Below are positions 59,052 through 64,000 of a DNA stretch of 64,000 nucleotides, in pieces; the stretch's first letter is position 1, and every line of letters starts with the position of its first letter. The translations under genes were made by a program, and so were the position numbers. The stretch comes from an uncultured Syntrophaceae bacterium (lineage in GTDB: Bacteria; Desulfobacterota; Syntrophia; Syntrophales; UBA2192), in assembly GCA_964585095.1 (NCBI GenBank), contig CAZPCN010000001.1, positions 238-64,237 of the forward strand, in the 5' to 3' direction. Below the pieces are notes generated by a model. The model was given only the letters and a program-made list of their open reading frames with translations. It did not search any database and was not told the origin of the DNA.

Positions 59052-59795
59052 ATGAACGTCTTTCGCATCAAAACGCTCAGCCTTCTGATGGTCTGCGTCT
59101 TCCTGCTGTCCTCCTGCGCGTCGGTCCTCCCCGACCCGTCGCAGATCCGGACGGAGGAAGAGCGGATCGATGCCCGCAACAAATGCGTCGCCATGTACAC
59201 GGCGGGAGGCGCCGCGGCGGGCGCCCTGGCCGGGGCCCTGATCGGCGGCGACTGGAAGGCCGCGGGCATCGGCGCCCTGGTGGGCGGCGGGTTCGGCTTC
59301 CTCGTGGCCTGGGGCCACTGCCTGAGCCTCTACTCGACCCTCCAGAGCACCCCGGTGGCGGGCTACCAGCAGACGGCCCAGCAGGTGGGCTACAACCCCT
59401 CGCAGGGCAACGTGACCAAGATCCAGGGCTTCAACGTGACCCCGGGGACGATCACCCCCGGCAGCACGGTCAACCTGGGCGGTTCCTACTACGTCATGGC
59501 TCCCCAGGGCTCCAAGGAGATGAAGGTGACCGAGACGCGCTACGTGAAGTTCTTCGACCCCTCGAAGAACGAGTGGACGAACCTCGGCGGCGTGGACCAG
59601 GAAATCACGGCGGCGCCCGGCCTCCGGAAGGCCGACGGCAAGTTCGACATCCCCAAGGACGTTCCAGAGGGAAAGTACCGGATCGGCTTCAAGGTGGCCT
59701 CGGCGGGCAAGGAAGACGTCGTCGAGCGCGACCTCACCGTGAAGAAGGGGACGGCGTCGCTGCCGGTCCACATCGCCTGGTGCGAGAACCGCTGA
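59052..59795 (+). CDS. Lipoprotein with glycine-zipper segment and C-terminal beta-sandwich-like domain
   Basis: Lipobox LLSSC. Glycine zipper GGAAAGALAGALIGGDWKAAGIGALVGGGFGFLVA. C-terminal beta-rich region. Confidence 0.7.
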   Translation: MNVFRIKTLSLLMVCVFLLSSCASVLPDPSQIRTEEERIDARNKCVAMYTAGGAAAGALAGALIGGDWKAAGIGALVGGGFGFLVAWGHCLSLYSTLQSTPVAGYQQTAQQVGYNPSQGNVTKIQGFNVTPGTITPGSTVNLGGSYYVMAPQGSKEMKVTETRYVKFFDPSKNEWTNLGGVDQEITAAPGLRKADGKFDIPKDVPEGKYRIGFKVASAGKEDVVERDLTVKKGTASLPVHIAWCENR

Positions 59796-59820
59796 CGCGA
59801 GATCTCACAGGGAGACCATC

Positions 59821-61062
59821 ATGACAAAACGGGTCGCCATCACCCTGATCGTTCTGGCGGCGGCCATGGCGGCGCTCGCACCGGGCGCCGTCATGGCGCA
59901 GTCCGCCGTGACGGACGCGCACATCCAGCAGATCAACCAACTCTTTGCACAGAACGGCGTTCCCAACGGGCGCGTCGTGCTCGACCCCTACGGGCGGCTG
60001 GAACTCAAGGGGGAATACGAAGACGAATTCCAGGTGGACCGGGCCTTCTCCCTGGCCCAGACCGTCGTCGGCGTGAAGTGGGTCTCGCCCGTCACGCCGG
60101 AGAACATCAAGGTCAAGGAGTGGGAGAAGAAGCTCGGCTCGCTGTTCAGCCGCGCCGCGGTGCTGCAGCCGGGAGTGCGGGGAGACGGCCCCGTGGGGCC
60201 CATCCGCAACCGCTACGGGCTCGTCGTCGGCGTCGGGAAGTTCAAGAGCGGAATCACCCCCCTGCAGTATGCCGTGAGGGACGCGAACCTGTTCTACCGG
60301 TTCCTCCTCGAGCAGGCGGGGTTCACGAAGAACAACACTTATTTTCTGGCGGACCAGAACGCCACGTCGTCCAACGTCGTCCGCTACCTCAACGGCATCC
60401 GCAACGCCGCGAAGGAGGACGACCTGGTCGTGGTCTACATGAGCAGCCACGGGACCCCTCCGGACAAGTTCGGGGGCGTCTACATCGTGACCTACGACAC
60501 GGAGGTCAAGCCCCGCGAGCGCGTCTGGCACACCTCGGTGGCCGAGAGCGCGCTGAAGGACTTCGTGGAGAATCTCAAGGCCCGGCGCCTCGTGATGATC
60601 CTCGACACGTGCTACTCCAACGGCGCCTACCGCGCCATTCCCGGCTTCCTGCCGCCCGGCGGGAAGTCGCTCGGCGTGGGCGACGCGGACGAGGGCTACG
60701 GCGTCTCCACGGCCCAGGGCAAGCGGCTCTTCGGGGCCAAGGACATCGTCCTGGAGGACCAACCGCGGAAGGGCACGGCCACGGAGAAGAGCCTGGGCTC
60801 CCAGGAGTCCTACGGGAAAGTGCTCATCAGCGCCAGCAGCGCGGGCGAGAAGTCCTGGGAGTCGGACCAGCTGCGCAACAGCGTCTTCACCTACTACTTC
60901 GTGGACGGGATGAAACGCCACGACGGTTCGGTGAAGGACGCCTTCGACTACTCCAAGCCCCGCACCCTGCAGCGCGTGCAGCAGGAGAAGGGGGCCGAGA
61001 TCACCCAGACCCCCCAGGCCATGGCCACCAACGAGAACTGGAACATGAAAGTGAAGCGATAG
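59821..61062 (+). CDS. Exported caspase-family (peptidase C14) protein with N-terminal BON-like domain
   Basis: Sec signal. BON-like ..GRLELKGEYEDEFQVDRAFSLAQTVVGVKWVSPV... Caspase His in VVVYMSSHGTP and Cys in LVMILDTCYSNG. Confidence 0.82.
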   Translation: MTKRVAITLIVLAAAMAALAPGAVMAQSAVTDAHIQQINQLFAQNGVPNGRVVLDPYGRLELKGEYEDEFQVDRAFSLAQTVVGVKWVSPVTPENIKVKEWEKKLGSLFSRAAVLQPGVRGDGPVGPIRNRYGLVVGVGKFKSGITPLQYAVRDANLFYRFLLEQAGFTKNNTYFLADQNATSSNVVRYLNGIRNAAKEDDLVVVYMSSHGTPPDKFGGVYIVTYDTEVKPRERVWHTSVAESALKDFVENLKARRLVMILDTCYSNGAYRAIPGFLPPGGKSLGVGDADEGYGVSTAQGKRLFGAKDIVLEDQPRKGTATEKSLGSQESYGKVLISASSAGEKSWESDQLRNSVFTYYFVDGMKRHDGSVKDAFDYSKPRTLQRVQQEKGAEITQTPQAMATNENWNMKVKR

Positions 61063-61091
61063 ACGAAACGGATCTGAAAGGAGGAGCATTC

Positions 61092-61697
61092 ATGAAGAAA
61101 ACGATCACCGCGTCCCTGGCCCTTGTCGGGCTGGTTGCCCTCGCCCTCGCCGGGTGCGGGCAGCAGTCCTCACCGCCTCCGCCCCCGCCTCCGCCTCCCG
61201 CGGCGCAGGCTCCCGCTCCGGCAGCCCCGGCGCCGGCGGCACCCGCCCAGCCGTCCCTGGAAGTGACGCAGCACCTCAAGCAGGGCATGGCCTACGTCAG
61301 CACGGCCAAGAACGCGAACTCGCCGGCCGTCTTCAACGAGAACATCAACAACGCGATCAACGAGTTCTCCAACGCGATCAAGAAGGACCCCGGCTACGCC
61401 ACGGCCTACTCGAACCGCTCCGTGGCCTACATGATGCAGAAGAAGTACAACCTCGCCCTGGACGATCTCAAGAAGGCGAAGGAACTGAAGCCGGGCGACC
61501 CGGCCGTGCGTTACAACATGGCCTCGTGCCACTCCCTGATGGGCAACGTCGACCTGGCCTTCGTCGAGCTCGACGCAGCCCTGGCCAGCGGGTTCAACGA
61601 CTACGACTCCCTCCGGAAGGACCCCGATCTCGCCAACATGAGGAAACACCCCGACTGGAGGAAGACCCTCGAGAAGTACAAGGTGTTCATCAACTAG
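61092..61697 (+). CDS. TPR lipoprotein with poly-Pro/Ala linker
   Basis: Lipobox LAGC, PPPPPPPPPAAQAPAPAAPAPAAPA linker, then TPR units (AINEFSNAIKKDPGYATAYSNRSVAY..). ATG 61092 after GGAGGAG. Confidence 0.8.
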   Translation: MKKTITASLALVGLVALALAGCGQQSSPPPPPPPPPAAQAPAPAAPAPAAPAQPSLEVTQHLKQGMAYVSTAKNANSPAVFNENINNAINEFSNAIKKDPGYATAYSNRSVAYMMQKKYNLALDDLKKAKELKPGDPAVRYNMASCHSLMGNVDLAFVELDAALASGFNDYDSLRKDPDLANMRKHPDWRKTLEKYKVFIN

Positions 61698-61784
61698 GCC
61701 GAGGTGGCCGGACCCGCGTGCGGGCCGGCACGATCGGGAAACCGGGACGTGACGGTGTCTGAGACGAAATCCTGAAAACCAGTG

Positions 61785-61820
61785 CCCTGTCCGGCCTCGA
61801 GCCGGGCAGGGTATTTTTTT
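61785..61820 (+). terminator. Intrinsic terminator closing the caspase operon
   Basis: 11-bp stem CCCTGTCCGGC / GCCGGGCAGGG (one G-U pair), loop CTCGA, followed by TATTTTTTT. Confidence 0.85.
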
Positions 61821-61846
61821 GGACGACCCCGACGGGAGCGCTTGCC

Positions 61847-62494
61847 ATGATCAGACGGATTTTTCTTTTCGCAATCCTGTGTGCCGCGGTTTGCTCGACC
61901 GCCGGTGCGGCCGAGCGCACAACCGCCGATCCCGCGACGGGGCGCCCTGCCATCGCGGAGGAGACGGAACGGCAGAAGCTCGCCCTGCGGCGAGCCGTCG
62001 CAACGGGAATCAGGGATGAGGCCTATGCTCTCCAGCAGAAGGGGCAGATCCGGGACGCCGTGATCCGTTACCGGCAGAGCCTCGTGTACTGGCCCGACAC
62101 GGGACTCGAGTCCTACATCGGCCCGCTGGAGCAGAGGGCCGGCTTCCAGCCCTCGCAGTACAAACCGGAAGGGCGGCAGGTTGCCGCGGGCGGCGCGGCG
62201 CCGGGACCGGCCCGCCTCTACGCCACGGTGCGGAACCGCTCGGCCCGGGACATCACCCTCGCGGTGCGCGGAGAAGCGCCCGAGGCGGCAACGACGGTGC
62301 GGGCCGGCGAGATCCGGATCCGGCCCGTAAGCCCGGGCGCGGGTGGGGAGGCGATCTTCGAGGTCTCGCGCGACGGGCGGGTCCTGGAGACGAGGACCTG
62401 GAAGGGCAACCCCGGCTCGACGAGCGTCGTGCCGGCCCTGCTCTACGACGACTCCCTGCAGGGAAGGCTCTTCGTGATGACGGGACTTCGGTGA
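61847..62494 (+). CDS. Exported hypothetical protein
   Basis: Signal MIRRIFLFAILCAAVCSTAGAA, one TPR-like helix pair, beta-rich C-terminus. Confidence 0.6.
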   Translation: MIRRIFLFAILCAAVCSTAGAAERTTADPATGRPAIAEETERQKLALRRAVATGIRDEAYALQQKGQIRDAVIRYRQSLVYWPDTGLESYIGPLEQRAGFQPSQYKPEGRQVAAGGAAPGPARLYATVRNRSARDITLAVRGEAPEAATTVRAGEIRIRPVSPGAGGEAIFEVSRDGRVLETRTWKGNPGSTSVVPALLYDDSLQGRLFVMTGLR

Positions 62495-62545
62495 AGAAGA
62501 GGGTGAGAGGGTAAGAAGGGGAGAAGGTTGGAAAGGTGAACGCTG

Positions 62546-64000
62546 ATGACGTCATGCCTTAGAAAATGCCATGCCTGGACGAATGAGCCCGCCCGGGTGC
62601 TCCGTTATCTGCTGCTGTTTTTGCTCTGCGGGGTCGTGGCCGGCTGTGCGACCAACCCCGTGACGGGGAAGGACGAGATCATGCTCGTCTCCGAGGACGA
62701 GGAGATCAAGATCGGCAAGTCGGTCTACCGGGACGCGCTCTGGAGCGCGGAAGGGGGAGGCGGGGAGTACCAGGACCCGCAGCTCAAGCGCTACCTCGAG
62801 GGCGTCGTCATGCGGCTGCACAGGGTCTCGCACCGGCCGAACCTGCCCCTGTCCTTCACGGTGCAGAACAGCTCCGTGCCCAATGCCTGGGCGATCCCGG
62901 GGCACGTGGTCATGACCCGCGGCCTGATCGCCGGGATGGAGAACGAGGGGGAGTTCGCCTACATCATGGGGCACGAGATCGGGCACGTTTCGGCGAAGCA
63001 CTCCGCCCGGCACATGACGCAGAACATGCTCCTGGGTCTCGCCCTGGGCATCGCCGCCGTCTCCATCGGGGACAAGGACTACGGCGAGGCTGTGCTGGGG
63101 CTGGGGGCCGTCGGGGGGCAACTGCTGCTGTTGAAGTACAGCCGCGACGACGAACTGGAGGCGGACCGTCTGGGCGTGGAGTACATGAGCCGCCTGGGCT
63201 ACAACCCGAACAACGCCGTGAGCGCCCACCGGAACCTCGAGAAGGTCTACAAGGAATACGCCCGCTCCCTGGGTCAGGAGCCGGCCGAGAGAAGCTTCTT
63301 CGAGGAAATGCTGTCGACGCACCCCCGGACGTCCGTCCGGATCGACGAGATCCAGCAGATGATCCAGTCCACCCCGCGGGCCGCGCTCGCGGGCGACGGG
63401 TCGAACCGGGCGGGCTACCAGTCCGGGACGGCGAATCTCCGGAAGACGCACCGGGTCTACACGGAATACTACGACAGGGCCGTCCGGGCCTTCGAGAAAA
63501 ACCACCTGGCCGAGGCGAACAACTACGTGAGCCGCGCGATCGCGGAGGACCGCTACCAGCCCCCCTTCTACACCCTGGCGGGGTACATCTACCTCAAGCA
63601 GAACAAGGGCCCCGACGCCGAGCGCTACTTCCGGGGCGCCCTGTCTCTGCAGGCGAACTATCAGCCCGCCCTGCGGGGGCTCGGCATGATGAGCTACGGC
63701 GCGAAGAACTACCCGGCGGCGATCGAGCACATGAAGAAGGCCGTGCAGATCTTCCCCGGCGACGTGACCGCCCAGCGGCTGCTCGGGATGAGCTATTACC
63801 GGAGCTCGAACTGGCGGGCGGCCATCGACCCGCTGCGCGTCGTTGCCGATGCGAACCCGAAGAACAAGACGATCCACGGCATCCTGGGGCAGTGCTACGA
63901 AAACGTCAACGACAAGCGGGCGGCCTACGAGCAGTACAAGCTCCAGCTCCAGGCGGCCCCGGACAGCGACGCGGGGCGGCTGGCCGCGTCCCGCGTGCAG
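62546..64000 (+). CDS. M48-family zinc metalloprotease lipoprotein with C-terminal TPR repeats (BepA-like), 3' end truncated by the window
   Basis: My own translation: lipobox VVAGC, zinc motif IMGHEIGHVS, downstream DDELEADRLG, then TPR-like repeats. It is open to position 64000 with no stop, so it is absent from the supplied complete-ORF track. Confidence 0.85.
   Translation, partial: MTSCLRKCHAWTNEPARVLRYLLLFLLCGVVAGCATNPVTGKDEIMLVSEDEEIKIGKSVYRDALWSAEGGGGEYQDPQLKRYLEGVVMRLHRVSHRPNLPLSFTVQNSSVPNAWAIPGHVVMTRGLIAGMENEGEFAYIMGHEIGHVSAKHSARHMTQNMLLGLALGIAAVSIGDKDYGEAVLGLGAVGGQLLLLKYSRDDELEADRLGVEYMSRLGYNPNNAVSAHRNLEKVYKEYARSLGQEPAERSFFEEMLSTHPRTSVRIDEIQQMIQSTPRAALAGDGSNRAGYQSGTANLRKTHRVYTEYYDRAVRAFEKNHLAEANNYVSRAIAEDRYQPPFYTLAGYIYLKQNKGPDAERYFRGALSLQANYQPALRGLGMMSYGAKNYPAAIEHMKKAVQIFPGDVTAQRLLGMSYYRSSNWRAAIDPLRVVADANPKNKTIHGILGQCYENVNDKRAAYEQYKLQLQAAPDSDAGRLAASRVQ

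Noticed and set aside
62552-63877. 441-aa minus-strand ORF, the only listed ORF covering this region.
   Set aside because: The opposite strand translates into an M48 metalloprotease (HEIGH, EADRLG, lipobox, TPR) that is open to the window edge. The minus-strand product is compositional junk.

Overview
High-GC (about 60-68% in the lines I hand-counted), densely coding bacterial chromosomal window. It is rich in envelope, signalling and sigma-54 functions, which fits an anaerobic Deltaproteobacteria/Thermodesulfobacteriota-like organism, but taxonomy cannot be settled from this window. All calls come from reading the supplied translations and the DNA by eye; no searches were run. In order, the window contains: (1) a sensor kinase / FixJ-type regulator module with a porin-like gene and an orphan receiver; (2) a short-chain acyl-CoA cluster (DUF3141 hydrolase-like protein, CoA-transferase, CBS protein, GntP permease, MaoC-phosphotransacylase fusion, acetate kinase); (3) a tripartite RND efflux operon; (4) a K+ channel; (5) a patatin-Omp85 (PlpD-like) protein divergent from an oversized YiiX/C92-like hydrolase that is coupled to a triple-PAS LuxR regulator; (6) two tandem paralogous sensor-like genes followed by a complete N-type ATPase operon (atpDCQRBEFAG, no delta); (7) a ZraSR-like NtrC two-component system flanked by two near-identical sigma-54 promoters driving exported proteins; (8) a yybP-ykoY (Mn2+) riboswitch with terminator in front of a GDT1/UPF0016 exporter; (9) a sharply AT-rich ~1.85 kb islet encoding a secreted Kunitz/BPTI-domain protein; (10) tandem MtaD-like amidohydrolases; (11) tRNA-Leu(UAA); (12) an exported cysteine-heptad protein; (13) a four-gene operon with clear promoter and terminator encoding exported DUF4384, glycine-zipper, BON-caspase (C14) and TPR proteins, followed by an M48-TPR protease truncated by the window end. 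No CRISPR array, transposase, integrase or rRNA was seen. The many long ORFs antisense to recognisable genes are high-GC artefacts.
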